A stretch of 64,000 nt of DNA, taken from positions 28,244,150 through 28,308,149 of the forward strand of contig NC_134026.1 of assembly GCF_964204645.1 (NCBI RefSeq), given 5' to 3'. The notes below the pieces were generated by a model. That model saw only the letters and a program-made list of their open reading frames with translations. It was not told the origin of the DNA and did no database searches. The stretch is from Tubulanus polymorphus (taxonomy: Eukaryota > Animalia > Nemertea). The translations under genes and the position numbers were made by a program. Below are positions 49,918 to 64,000 of this stretch, piece by piece (within the stretch, counting starts at the first letter, position 1; every line of letters starts with the position of its first letter).

Positions 49918-52900
49918 TTAATCTGTATTGAGAACCAAGCACACACCCTGTAGAACCCAGTGACTCGGATGTTCTGTTGTTGCCAGGTCAGCTTCGAACA
50001 CAAGACCAACACCCATAGCATTTCGACGTTGTGAGGTTACATATACTGGAGTTCGGAAAGTATTCTGTGAAAAGAAATATATATATTTGTATGAAAATCA
50101 ATGACTTCTACTAAATTATCTCTGAAGTTATAACCGGTATTATATTTACCTGTAATTTTAGTCGATGAGCTTCTATAGGAATGATTTTCAGGACGGGCAG
50201 TTCTTGTATCAACTGTTTTGGTTTCTGTTTGATCAAGCAACTGTTCTTCAGGTCCCAAGCGGCTCCTTCCAGGTACAGACCAGTTACAAAACAACCTGAA
50301 TATACACCAAATATATGAAATATAGAAAATTATGGATACATTTTGATAAATGAATAGGAATGAAATCTTACCTTGATGAGCACGTTCTGTGACATCCTCC
50401 ATTGTAGCGAAATGAGTAACAGTTGTATACAGGGTTGATTTATCAAGAGGCCAGCCATTTTTACGACAAGTTGCCTGAACCAAAGCAGTCAGATATGATT
50501 CGGGAATGTGCAATCCTGACAGCCACATCACATTCGGTTCTGCTTCATTTACCTATGAAATGTTTGAAATGCCAAATGACAACTTTTGTTTATCGGTAGA
50601 TGTATAATTGACAAAATGTTGACACATACCCAAGTATTGTATTGATCAAGTCTTCTCTGGAAGTGAGACATCCAGTTACCGAGTGATTTCAATGTGTCGG
50701 GTGCTAATCTTATCCATATCGCTGGAATTTGACCGTTGAACAACGATTTTGAAAGCTCATCCAACTCATTACTCATTCCTACTTCTCCTACTAACGCCTG
50801 AAAAAAAGAATTATACTTTTTCATTAGATCAATTTTATCCCAGGATACTCAATAGATTGAGCTGATAATAGAATACTAACCCTCTTCAGTGTAGACAATG
50901 TTACTCTCATTTTGCTGATAAGTTTATTAATTCTTTCGAGTTCCTGTAGTAACACTACAGTCGTCGGACTGATATCGAGACCGTACTTCTTTCGTATTTT
51001 GTCCAGGTCGTATTCCTCGGGAAGTTTCGTCAGCACATCCGTGGCAATCTTGGTGATGAAATCTTCACGACTTATTCCCGACCCAGAATCACCTGTAGAA
51101 TGAACATCAACATATATAAGCTTGAAGCTAAAACGTCTTTACGATTACCACCTATAGTGAGTTTGACCACTTACCAGTCTGAGGTTGCAATTCAATAAGA
51201 TTAGCCCACATATCTCTGGCTGCTTGCGTGTAATAACCGATCTCAGCATTTGGATGTAGCCCAAAAACTTCAGGAGTGTTAGCTAATGGCAGTGCTTCGA
51301 TATAATCTAAAATTTAAATCATAGTTTGCGAGATATTTTGCCCCTCAAATCATCATTCTCAGGCTGTGAGATTATCTACCTGTATAGTTCTCTCGCGGTC
51401 CATCTTCAGGTATATAATAATCCACTTCTTCATTATTATAGAAGTGGAAAGGTTGGAATGTATCGAAGATGAAATCGCCCATGTATTCATCCATATAAGT
51501 TCGCAGTATTCTTCTATCGAAATCGTCTATAGCTCGACCTCCGTACATGACCTAATAGACAATCACATTATTAAAATCTGTCAGCTTTTTACGATACTGT
51601 CGATGTGAATATTTACTTACTTCACCGATCAGATACTTCAAGCTGCTCCAAGGTATTTTAGCATCTCCTTGTTCGTGCGCTTTCATCAGATATGTTCCTA
51701 GTAGTTGCATGCAAACGCGGAAATCGGATTCGTTGAAATCATACGGAACGTTCCAGCCGATCTTTCCGTATTTCCTTCTCTCTTGAATGACGGCGTGGAA
51801 AAATGCGAGCACATAAACGAGCGATGGGAAAGCTGCGTGAGGACATTCTCCGAGTACCGTGGTCGAAATCTTGAAATACGTGCTGCGAAGATTGAGTTTT
51901 AAACCATTGGGCGGCTCAGTGACAACCTTCAAATAACAAATACACAGTCAAAAACTGAATTCATGAAAACCGAAATGACGTTTTATCGTTGCCTCAGTAA
52001 CATATGAAATATTTCCGGGAAATATCATTTTGAAGTTCCATATTTGCTGGTACTGTCGGAACACGTTTTATACCTTTAGAGAACGTTGTAGAATACCAAT
52101 AGGGAAACTCGGTGTAGGATCAGTAGTCAACCACAGTCGGAAGTCTGGATGAGGTTTAGTTAATTTCTCGAGATGTTTCTCAAGCACTGTCAACCATCGT
52201 ACCAACAAATGACAATTCTGTAACATTAACCATTGTCCACGAGCAATAGCTGTATCTAATAGTTGTAACGCGAGCTAAAAATAGAATCAAATTTCATTTC
52301 GATATCAAAACAACAAATCCAAACATCATCAATCTAATCTGTTTATTGCGATCTTACCTTTTCCTGACCCTGACCCATCGATAAGAATTTCAACTTGTTC
52401 GCTCCAAATCCTGTCCTTTCCGCTAATTTCATCAGATCACTGGCTGGATCGGAACCCGGACTCAAAATGAACACTATCGGCGACATGGGTGTACTCTGTT
52501 CGAATATCGATTCGAAACTGATAATAGGGGGCATGACGTACTTCTCGCCCATCACCTTCGTTACGTAATCGGTGATCGCGCGGTAAATACGATCGACGCG
52601 GAAACAACGGATCAACATCAAACGATGGAAATCATTCAGATTGTTGTATTTCATCGGGAACGCGGCAGATTCGGGAGCATCTAGATCAAACCACTGGAAA
52701 CAAAACAGTAAATTAAGGACAAATCCATTCGCAAAAATAAACATCACTATGAGAGAATATGAAGTAAACATACGTTTTTCCAAATGGATTCATTCTTTTC
52801 GATATCAGTCAACAGATTACCGAATGAATCTGGTGAAACTTCAGCCAATCGAACGCAGTCTTCCCATCCTTCATCGGGGAACCATTTAAATGGTTTACCT

Positions 52901-55900
52901 CGCTTGCTTTTCTCGAGGGCTATGTTACCCTGAAAAGTTTTTAAAAAAATTTTTAGTAAATATTCGTATTTCCACCACAGACAACATTATACTGGATTTC
53001 ATATGCAATACCTTTATGAAGAAATCGAGTTCCTCTTGTTTCACGCGATCTTCATCCATTTCAAGTTTCAGCGTGATTTGGAACGAGAATAGCAGTTTAT
53101 GCTTTTCAAAGATACCTGAAATGTACAAAGCACAATAGGATATACCACGATTCCTAAAAGAACAGAATTCACGCATGAAAACTGAGAGAATGATCTCTGA
53201 TGATTACCTGTACATCCATAGTTGTAGACGTTATGAGTTAAAGTATCCATGATGTTACGAAGACGTTTTTGAAGTATCGAATCTGGCAAACTTTTCCTCA
53301 GTGAAAACTCGAACACGTCCAGATACGAAGCTAGCGAATATTGGTACATAGAACTAACTGTAGCCATCTCCGATAATACAAAGAATAGAATAGCTCCACG
53401 CCGAGCAGCAGGTCGATATCCATCTCTTAATTTATCGATATCAATGGCAGTTTTAGCTCCAAGTTTCAGTTTTTCTCCAACCTATTGTGACAATACCGAA
53501 TTCCAACAATAAAATCTGTCTATTATTGCAACGTGGAGATTCAAATTTACACTACTTACCTCAGTAGCTTTGGTTTTGGTCTCCTCTAGTGTCGAAACCA
53601 GCTCCACATTATCCAACATGTTACCAGTTGATGTAGCTAACTCACGTAACAAAGAATCTTCGAGATCTTTCAATAGTTTCTTGTTAACGCTAAAAAAGAT
53701 CGGAAATAAGACACATGTACAACATGAATCGAAGTCAAAAATTAATATCTTATTCTACAAATCAAAATAATTTACCTTGTCTCCTGAATTAATCTTTCCC
53801 TTTGTTCTTCAAGTTCTTTTCTCTCTAATTTAACAATAACGCTGAGTAACTGATCTTCCAAACCCTAGAAAATAAGACAGAGCATTTAACGCTGGTTTCC
53901 GGCTAATACCAGCATGATAATGTCGTTTGTGATGTGTGAAAACATACCTTCAGGGTCACAGTATAGTTAATAACCATCGACTTTCCGAAAATGTTCGGAC
54001 CGTATTTAGGATTGGATAGTTTAGTGTTGAGATAAAGACGGAAGTTTGGATCGAAGTCAACTTCTTTGTCACCGAGCATCACAAATTCACGGCCAGCAGC
54101 GCCTAAACATCGAACAAAACAATACTGAATTTCAAACAGAACATTATAAACTAAATGTAACTTATGCAAAAAGATCAAGTGAAAATTCAATAGTAAAAGT
54201 GATGAAGCTCAATTTGTGTACATTTGAATACGACACATGCATTTTAACAGGTACATTTGTATACGATAGACATGCATCGAATGAAACAACGTGATTATAT
54301 TGATATGTGAATATATCAGATATCCTCTCACTGCTGTGAGAGATGTGAATTTTCTGACACAAAATCTTACCATCTGGTAATTTTTTAACTACATGAGTAC
54401 AAGAGAATCTCTCAATTAATATCTATAACTGACAGATGACTGATCAATTTTTACGATACACTATTTCAGATTGATTACCTTTGATATTCTTCTCCAACAC
54501 GTTGTCGATCACGGGGTCGATGTATTCATCAACGTCTTGGAACAAAAATGGGAAACCATATTTTATCGCCAACTCGAGTTGTTTCAAGAAGTCAGCATCG
54601 TTGAATGTGCAAACCTATTTACAGAGAAACTTACGTTAAAGCAAGCTTAGACGATAAAGAAAAATGACAAAACAGAGACGATATTCGGTACCTTGAGGTT
54701 ATTTGGTTCCTCTTTCTTTTTAATCCAGTTGAGAGCTTGCTGTTGGGGATCGATACACATCGGGAAACGACTTGCCCTCGTCGTCAAAATACCATTTTGA
54801 ATCGACAGCTCATCCGGGGGCAAACTTTCTGATGTCCACCTGAAAAGATGTTGGAAACCTTTATGCATCATCAGAGAAAATTAGCAAAACCTACAGTTGA
54901 TGATTTAACAATCTATTCTGACAGTTTTGAAGATTTTGACTAAACTTCATCATCAGAGAAATGAAAATGAAATAAGGATGATATACAGTAATTTTGAAAT
55001 ATAGATGGAAACTAAGAAAGGTTAGGAACAAGAACTAAGAGATAACCACTAAGATACAGAAAAGACATGAACAAGGATTATGTAGCAGATATGTTCATAC
55101 CAGAAAATATGTATATAGATGAGATTTTTTCAAAATTATGTCACATCATCAGGAACAGGTCAAAACTTACTTGCTAATTTCGACATCGTTTGTCAATAAT
55201 TCTTCCATCTTAAACGGCTGACTGAGAGGAATTTCTTTCTCTAAAATATCGGCCTGCCATTTATCATAAACCATTTCCGTACGGAACTCCCAGCTGAAAG
55301 CGCCAATGTAACTCAAAAATGCCGATGCCAACAGACAATCACCGAGCAACCAGACGCGTTGTTTTTTCAAACCCTCGAGATCGCCGGTCCAACGGATCTG
55401 TTCCGAGCCGAGACCGGAGATGAGTTTATCAGCGGCTATCAGACGACGTTCCATAATTTCAGCTTCCGCTTGCAGCGCTTGTTGTTCTAACATGGCCGCT
55501 TCATACTTGTCATTCAATTTCTTAAGTTCGCTTTCTAATGAAGCGACCTCTTTATTGATTTTGTCCAAATCACGTTTCGCTTGATGGAAAGTTTTTTCAA
55601 GACGTGCGACCTACATGAATCACAAACGAATCAATTTGTAGATCGGGTGCAATAACATTCAGCTGTAATCAACATATTCCTGAAATCATTATACAAACCT
55701 TTTCACGTTTTGGTTTAATTTCTCTTGCAACGTCGCAGTAACCCATAACGGCCTCAACAAATTTTAACAATCCTGCACCCGCTCTACTTTTTGACTTCAT
55801 TTCATCTACTGTCATATCCATATCCTTCAAGAATCCTTTAAACAAATAAACAATCATATATATTGTATATCCATATTAGAAACCAAAAGACTAACTTATA

Positions 55901-58900
55901 CATTTCATTATAAGTGAATAAAGCTTCAATATGTACCTTTGACTGTGCCTACTTGCTTATGACCAATTGCGTCAACATCCATATTTTGTAGAGTACCCAA
56001 GAAGTTAGCTTCAGCCATCATGGCTTTGGCCGATTTCCAAGATACTTCTTTGATACCACGCAAAACAACAATACATTCACAAACCACCTGTACGGCTTTT
56101 GGAGGTTTTGCAAATGATCTAATTTCCGTGACATCAGATTTGGATAGATCTTCGAGAGCAATTCTAGCAGCTTCAAGAGCGGGAAGAGCTTCTGCTAATG
56201 CTTCTTCAGCAGATTTCTATAAATGAAATACCGATATGTCAATCAATACACCCATACACATTCAATATATATCTAAAAGTACAATCAGTTCAGCAAACCA
56301 ACCTTTTCTCTGCCTATTTCTTTGCTTTGAATGGTTATTTCTTTACCCTTAGCTTCGGCGAGCGTTTTCTTTTCAGTAGCCTGCTCAGTACCATTAGCGA
56401 TCTCCTCCAACAGAACCTCACAAGCAGCCGTTTTCTCAGTTACGGCTACTTTTTGAACCGCTAGTTTCTGGTTCAATTCATCCAACTGTTCTCTGGCTTC
56501 TGCGATCTTTTGCAAACCACCGACCAAACGCTCACACTACAAAAACATAAAGAGTACATCAATAAATTGATAAAATGTAATTGAACTACTAGAATAGTTG
56601 ATACAGTTGATAAGTTGCTTACCTGGCCAAGTATAAATTGATCCTTTTCATCTAATAATTTCGAGTAGGTGTTGATGAAATCGAGATAATTCTTCGGAGT
56701 TACGTAGTTATTACGACGTAGCTTCTGTAAGAACTGTATACTGTAGTCACCAACTGACTGATGAACCATTACAATATGACTGACTACGCCATCTCGATGT
56801 TCTTCAGGTATCAACGGGTTCTGAAAACACAAATGCAACGATTATTGTATACAATATCCAGAAACTAACTCTAATTAAGTGTAAAATTTCATGTTACAAT
56901 GAACCTACATCAGGAGAAATAAAGACACTCGCAACCGCATACAGAGCCTGTTCAGGCCATGGGAAAAACCAATCAATACTAGTATTATTAACCAGACCTA
57001 CATAGATATAACAGATTGATATACAAGTAGTGAACATAAAGCATAAAACAAGAAAATCTGAAATATTCTTGTTGAAACTTACCAGGGAAATTACGGCATC
57101 TAGTTCTCAAGGTGTCACCAACCGGAGACATAGCCAGCACTATATGAAGGTTACTGGCGCATTTATTAACGAAATACTGCCAAATACTTTCACGAGCAGG
57201 GGCTGCGCCGTGTGACGTGGCTTCATTACGAACTGAACCAATAATTTGCTCTTTCTCGTCGTCAGCGAATAGAGCTGGAACCATTCCCGATGTTAACATG
57301 TTATTGATTAATTCGAGGAAACCTAAAATGAAGAAAAATAACATGAGAGTCACTTCCAGCAGCTCAACATTTTATTATCTCGATCCAGGTCAACTTATTT
57401 TTTGCCAAGATAATGTTTTCACCAATTGAAGGTAATTTTGTTTTAGAATCCTTCTAGATGCTCAGAAAATGATCAATTTTTTCTAATTTTCTTGAGGGAG
57501 GACCCCCAAACCTTCTTGAAAGACTTTGCACCTATGGTGCCCACTGTTCATGTACCATGTACATCTAAATACAACCAGACCTAGGAAGTTTTGGGACCTC
57601 TATTCTATTCTAAATTCCTTAATCCATTTCTGGGATTTTCCTTCTGATTACTTACCTTCCTCGACCACATGCTGATCTCCGAACAAGAACACCATCTTTT
57701 TATTCTCCATGCCGAGTTTGTTGTACAAAATCTTCAGATCATCGCGTAAGTTGGTTTCGCTGTAACCTCGACTAAGAGTAATCTCGAATACCTCACATTC
57801 AGCTGTAAACGCCGCTAATCGAGTCAATGATTGTTTTCCGCTTCCACCGACACCGACGAGTAACGCGTGACCTTGATCCATACGGATTACACGCTGAATT
57901 CGGGTTAAATGTTCCAATGCGTCGTCGAACAAAACCAAATTCATCGCGGTGTAACGTTCGTTATATTCCTCTAATATCTAGACAAATTGAATAAAATGAG
58001 TGGTTAACGATCACAATGGACAGATTAAAATTTCCATGGTAAACGGCATAAAAAACCAAAATATTTTAACTTTTTTCTTGAATTTTTCACACATTTTCAT
58101 GATTTTCACATTTTTCAAATTTTTTAAGCAGACATCCATTTTTCACAATCTATAACATTTTTTCATCAATCTTACTGTGGCATTATTGTATCATTAATGC
58201 ATACCTCTTGAAATAGAGCTTTAGCCGCTTCATAATCTTGAATGTCTTCATACAACCTGGGTTCAGATTCGTCGAGGGCCGTCCTATAATCACCGAATAA
58301 ACTCGGCTCTCTGAGAATATAGTCGAGTCCTTTAGTACCACTCTCAGTCAACAGATTCTTCATGTGTTCCTACAACAGACAGTTTGATACATTTTAGTTT
58401 AGGGATTACATCACAAAGTTTATGATACCTATAATAACTTACTGAGCCTAAATTCCGTAAAGAATATGCTCATTGGCTTTGAATGATACTAAATGAACAG
58501 AGAATACTAAAACCATTTCAAGCTCTTTGATCGATTTTTTCATTAAAACCATTGATTGATGGACTAGATTTGATGGGAATAGGTTAGGTAGTACTGGGGC
58601 AGGGTACTAGAAGACTCTATGCCGGGCTGAGTTTAGATTTACAAGGGACGACTAGCAGGGATTGATTGTGAACAGAAGAGGAGCTCAGTGTTTTACTTAC
58701 TGCGACTACCACCTTGTCCTCATTGATAATCAAACGATCAGAAATAACGCGTATACATTCGTTTCTCCACACACGTAAAAACGCATCCGGTTTATCAAAA
58801 CGATCGGCAGTCGTTAAACACAATCCACTGTAGATTCGTGACAAATCACGCAAGTTGAAAATATAGTGAAACTTCGACGGTGTTGGGGGTAAATCCTTTA

Positions 58901-61900
58901 CAATTGACCTACAATCGTAATTACACTTAGTCATAAAATCAGAAGAGTTGTAACCTGGTATCAAATCAATAACTGTGAAAACAGGTAATACAGTGCAGGT
59001 TAACTGATTCTATTAGAATTACTTATTTACTAGTAGCGAGAGTTCATAATTGCAAATAAAATCAGTTAACCTACAAAGGACTACTTGTTTTCACATTTAT
59101 TGACTTTATCATAAATGTACTTTATCAATAACCGACCAGAATTCATTAACCTAAAGAACTTACGAATACAATGACATCGTCATTTTCGTTATTGAAGACA
59201 CCAATTCTTGGATTTCATCGCAAAATGACTGAGTGTGACCGGCGAGTATCGAGTTGTAAATATGGAATAAAGAAGCCTCCGATGGGAACGTCATATTGAA
59301 CACGGAGAACAATGAAATAAATCTTGGATCTACTTCATTACGTCCACCGCCAGCTTTACCCATAGCTGCCAAACACCCGATATCTTTAATGTTCTTCCAG
59401 TTCAGATCTTTACCTCTGTCGTACATGCCTCCTCTTTCCAGGAGCTGTTTCAACATGGCAATGGGCTGTTGTGTTCCATATGTATCCACCTAATAATTAT
59501 GAGAAAAGAAAACAGATTTAATTACAGTAAACAAGCGACAAGAGCAGAAAAATAGGAGCGTTGAGTGGATGAGTTAAATGCAGACCTGAGGCATGTTCAT
59601 ATCATCGATGAATATAAGCAGACGTTTTCCAGGTGGTGGCCCGTACGTATCCTTCGTCCTTTTCTCAACATTTGCCTCCAAGTTACGTTGCACGTCGAGT
59701 GACGTGGTTCTCGACGAGAAATTCACATTTAACACCAACTGAAATCGGATGAAGATGAAACCATTTATCCCTACGGTTCATTGGATGCCATTTCAATAGT
59801 CACAATTACTAGGAGTGATGTGGGCGAGTGGTTAGAGAGTTCGACCCTAAAATGCCAGATCGTAGTTTCAAAACCTGTACATTACTGTGTAGCTTCCCCG
59901 GGCAAGACACTTATCCTCAATTACCCGTAGGACTAGGGAGAGATGATGGTTAGAGCTACAGATATAGACTTGGGGTAATAATACTAATGGAAGCATATCT
60001 GTAACGCGCTCTGAACAGCTTTGCTGGATCTATCATTATTATGAAATACATACTGTGGTATCAGTATCGACTCCTCGTAGGAAATCTTGCGTTGTTGCTG
60101 TTTTTGAAGTACCGGTTTCACCGACGAGCACGACCGGACGCCTGATTCGAACTTGTAGATTCAGGAGCCAAGTCGACCGAACTGTATCGACTGTAGGTAC
60201 GAGGATTTCATTGAATTTACGCTCGGGATCGTGGATATATTTCGGAATCAGGGTATTCCATGGAATCCATTTGTTTTGTTCTCCATCCCAGAAATATTCA
60301 TACAGCGTGTTCTCACTTGGTAATTCACCTATTAAAATGATTGCGAACGTGATTTCAAAGACACAAAATATGAATTATCAAACTCTAACAGAAATTCATG
60401 CATCAACCTTTTGAGACATTTTGAAATATATTTCGGTAAAAGTCTGTCTAATATTTTGAAGTGAGAGTGACTGACTCATTGAGTCAAACATGCGGTGTAG
60501 AATAAAACGCATGCTGGTGACGATTTACTCACGAACAAATTGACCTCGACCCTCAGGATCCAGTCGTACTCGGTCAGCTCTAAATCTATTCACAGATGTA
60601 TAGCTAGAATAGCTTTCAAAACTGCTAGTCGTATTAGAGCTGCCTTTCCGAACGTATTTTGCTTTTTTTACGAGAAGATGAGAAAACCAATGTTACACCT
60701 GCAAATATTCTAGACAATAGAATCTACACGTAGAATCTATATCTTACCGGGTCCAGCGAGTTGTGCCTCGTCTTGATTCATCGATAATGATGCTAAATAT
60801 TTCACGTGGTTATCGAATTTTGTCCGTCCATCTTCTAACAATGTACCGCCGACAGACCAGTATAACGCTTGTAAGAAGTATGCTTCTAATATCGCAGGAT
60901 CTGTGATTTCTTTGACAATCAGTGATTCGAGCATCATAGTGAGTTGTGTTAACTGGAAATATGCCATATACATACACAATCATTTTACATCCACTAAATC
61001 TTACGGAGAAGTAACATATCGTTATTCGAACTTTGATTCTAAACTTACCAAATTCAGATTAGTCACAGGTACGATAGTCTTCATTTTATCGCCTTGTTTT
61101 CCATCGATTATTCCCTCGATGATCATTTCGATGCAGTTAGGTACGTATTTCTGATACAACATCTGTAGATTGTCACGTTCAAACTTCGACTGTCGTAGAC
61201 CGACCCATCTCAGCCAGGCGGGTTCGAAACCGAGATCTTTAGGATCGACGTACACCATACCGCATCGAGATACCGTAGCCGGAGAGGCGTACTGCAGATC
61301 ACCCACCTAGAAATACACACATAATTGTAGATTTGATTCGTAATCCACATTCACACTATTGCCAGTTTATCCATTCTAATTTGGCCTGTACCATTTAGAA
61401 CATACCACATGACTTGGAACGGACTAAATTTAGTATGTTCTAAATAACGTAGTGGTGAATGTGGCTGCAGTGATTTCAATTAATATAACTAATAAAGATC
61501 ATAAACTTACCTCAAACAATAAAGCGCAATGTGCTTGTAAACGAATACGTTCACCATTAGCGAGTGTAAGCAAACGATTATCATCCATAACAGAATTCAT
61601 ATTCTCCACCCATAACGCGTCAACATCACCATCAAACACGATATATTTACGTTCTTTCTTGTCAGTCGGTCTGTTGATGTCGCGGAAAATGTTTGATAAC
61701 AATCCATCGGTCCAATCTCGAGTGTTCGGATCCAGAATACCATACAATTCAACGACACTTCGATCTTTAGGATTCAACGTGTATAATTTTGTCGGTAAAC
61801 TCAGTCTGAAATATGAATCATTTAGTTTGATACTGTTTTAATCAACTTTTATGGCAGAAACCGAGTGGAAGCAAGGGGTGAATGAAATCATACCTGGTTT

Positions 61901-63786
61901 GTGCCTGAGCAAGGGTATTAATTACTACAGATTTACCACCTCCCGTAGGACCGACTATCATTGTAGTATGACGTGTCATCATTGTTTCATACATCTGTAC
62001 AACTTTATCAACCTACAATTTTCAATAGATACAGACACAGATTCAATACAGATATTTTCAAAATGCTGATACGACTTGGACTCAAGTTACTACGAGCTAT
62101 TAATTTACCTGTTGATCTAGAAGGACGTAGTTATTGTCAGTCAGAACTCCTGCCACAGCATCGTTGAAGTTTGGATACGGAACACGAGGACAGTCGAGAC
62201 CGGGAAACAGATCAGAAATCAGACCTCTGAATAACGGTACATCTTCATAAACGAACTTAGGTAAGTTCATATCTCTTAAAGCTCTCATGAGGACAACGTC
62301 TTCGGGATAATCAGGGGAGCCACGTTTCAATTCACCAGCCATAACCAACACGGATTTCAGGGCTCTTAATCCGAAATCATAATGGTATTGTTTAGAAAGC
62401 TGCTCTTTTGCAAGCTTGTACAATACTGTCATTTTCTTGGCTAGAACCTACAATAGAAATTACATATGTGAAATTCAAAATCCTTACTGACTACATTCAT
62501 CTTTGCTATTAGTACAATCAAGAACGAACCTTAGCCATGAGGAAACCTTCAGAAAACAACATAATCTCACAGATCTGTTGAAGATCGGGTACAATGACAA
62601 CGACAGGACGAAACAATGCCTTCACAGATTCAGGCAGTTCAGTACGGCCGGCATAACCCGGATTCATTGTGATGAAAATACCCATACGACAATCCATGTT
62701 GATTTCTTGGCCTTCGAACTACAAGAAATAATATTCCGTTCAAAAATTCATAATTTCAAGCATTTTCGAAAATAAAATATATGGAGGGAAACTAACGTGG
62801 AATCTCTTCAGTTTGAGAATGAGCGCATTTTGTATGGTTTTCAGTTGAGTTGAGATGACAGATAATACAGATACATCAATACGATTAAACTCATCGAAAC
62901 ATCCCCAAGCACCGCACTGAGCCAAACCAGAGAATATTTTACCAACAGCCTGGAAAATGAATACTTGCAAACATAAGATATTTCATCAAATTGTTTAAAT
63001 TTCAAGTTCAGTCTGATTACTGTACCTTATAATCCATGCCTTCACCACAATTTGTCACGACGCACAACAAACCAAGAGCTTTGGCCAAATCCTTAGTGGT
63101 TTCAGTTTTACCAGTACCAGCAGGGCCTGCAGGAGCTCCTCCGAGGTTCATCGATAATGCCTGCAAAATCAATCAGCCATTCTTTGAATAATTACCACCA
63201 CATAAATCAATGCAGAATTTGATATCCGAATCATAAAAATTAACATACCTGAGTGAGGGTCAGATAGATTCGATCAGTCAGTGGTGTTATAACTAATCGA
63301 CCATTCAAACCCATGTATTCATAACCATATCCGAATTCTCCGGTACATTGTCGCACCAGTAACTCATCAGGTTCACGTTCCCAGTAAAAACGTAGCTGAC
63401 TCTCCCATTCGAATTCACGCGCATCCATTATACTGTTAGGAGAAAATCAGTTTTAAGTACTTCGTTCTCAGGCCAAAAGGGGTCAGGAAGAGTAATTGAA
63501 AATCGTAATTTCTCACCTGTCTCTGACAAAACCATCGATAATATCACGAGCGTGTACATCGATGATCAACACGGAATTGAATTTCTTACGATCGTTCACA
63601 GACAACGGAGATCGTACTTGTACGACCAGGGCATCAATCTGCTTGTGAAGTTTCTTCGCGTAATCTTTCAGCGCCATTTTCTGGCCTTTCTTTACCTTTC
63701 GGAAAACATCTTCGACCTCCCACGTCCACCACACCTGATTACCGGCTAGACAAACCATACCTTGATAATCCATCATCCACTCAACT
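49918..63786 (-). CDS. DNAH10: Axonemal inner-arm dynein heavy chain 10 (I1/f alpha), 3' part; the 5' end lies beyond the window
   Basis: P-loops [24 protein letters not shown] and GVGGSGKQS, the WGCFDEFNR motif, the stalk region, and a C-terminus [14 protein letters not shown] like recalled DNAH10. Many short GT-AG introns. Confidence 0.9.
58974..59094. mobile_element. MITE-like inverted repeat in a DNAH10 intron
   Basis: tgtgaaaacaggta...ggttaactgatt is mirrored by aatcagttaacc...tacttgttttcaca. Confidence 0.6.
59810..60045 (+). mobile_element. Degenerate tRNA-derived CORE-type SINE
   Basis: A-box-like tgggcgagtgg and B-box-like gtttcaaaacc, then CORE-like ctgtgt...gggcaagacacttatcctc and tggggtaataata, and an L2-like tail. 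Confidence 0.6.
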
Positions 63787-64000
63787 CTGTGTATAATAGA
63801 GAAAATATCATGAAAGTTGGGAGGGTAAACATTTATATCAAGATTTGTATAAGAATCAAAGGCAAACCCAGGACCACCTTTAGAGGTGTTACGTGACACA
63901 ATGGCTATTTTATCATCGAAAAGGCACATTGGAGGTGCATTAGCAATTAATGCGTCGCCTTTGAAAATTTTTGGATGGGTGAGATGCATCCTTCTAAGAT

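Noticed and set aside
59810-59880. tRNA gene
   Set aside because: A- and B-box-like motifs are present, but there is no cloverleaf and it continues into CORE-SINE sequence.

Overview
AT-rich eukaryotic DNA from a compact, short-intron animal genome. The gene set and repeats look like a bilaterian invertebrate, plausibly a lophotrochozoan (inference). The ORF track mostly shows exon fragments, so I rebuilt gene models by hand from GT-AG splice sites. Gene order: MRPS26 (+); a diverged CDIPT/phosphatidylinositol synthase copy (-); TUBD1 (+); an N-terminally acylated, PEF-less calpain (-); an unknown coiled-coil gene (+); an intronless class A GPCR (+); a canonical CDIPT copy (-); AHI1/jouberin (+), with an Ig-type membrane-protein gene nested antisense in one intron; an intergenic array of 6-7 related pre-miRNA-like hairpins with its own TATA/Inr promoter (+); an HMBOX1-like homeobox gene (-); a TIR-SAM-TIR-TIR gene (+); a second intronless GPCR (+); and the 3' part of DNAH10 (-). 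MITE-like inverted repeats, L2/CR1 LINE relics, a CORE-type SINE and minisatellites are also present. The strongest novelty candidates are (1) the putative polycistronic microRNA cluster at about 34.0-35.2 kb, (2) the triple-TIR/SAM protein with NADase-type glutamates, and (3) the CDIPT paralog whose changes cluster in the CDP-binding motif. No database searches were run; family assignments come from recalled motifs.
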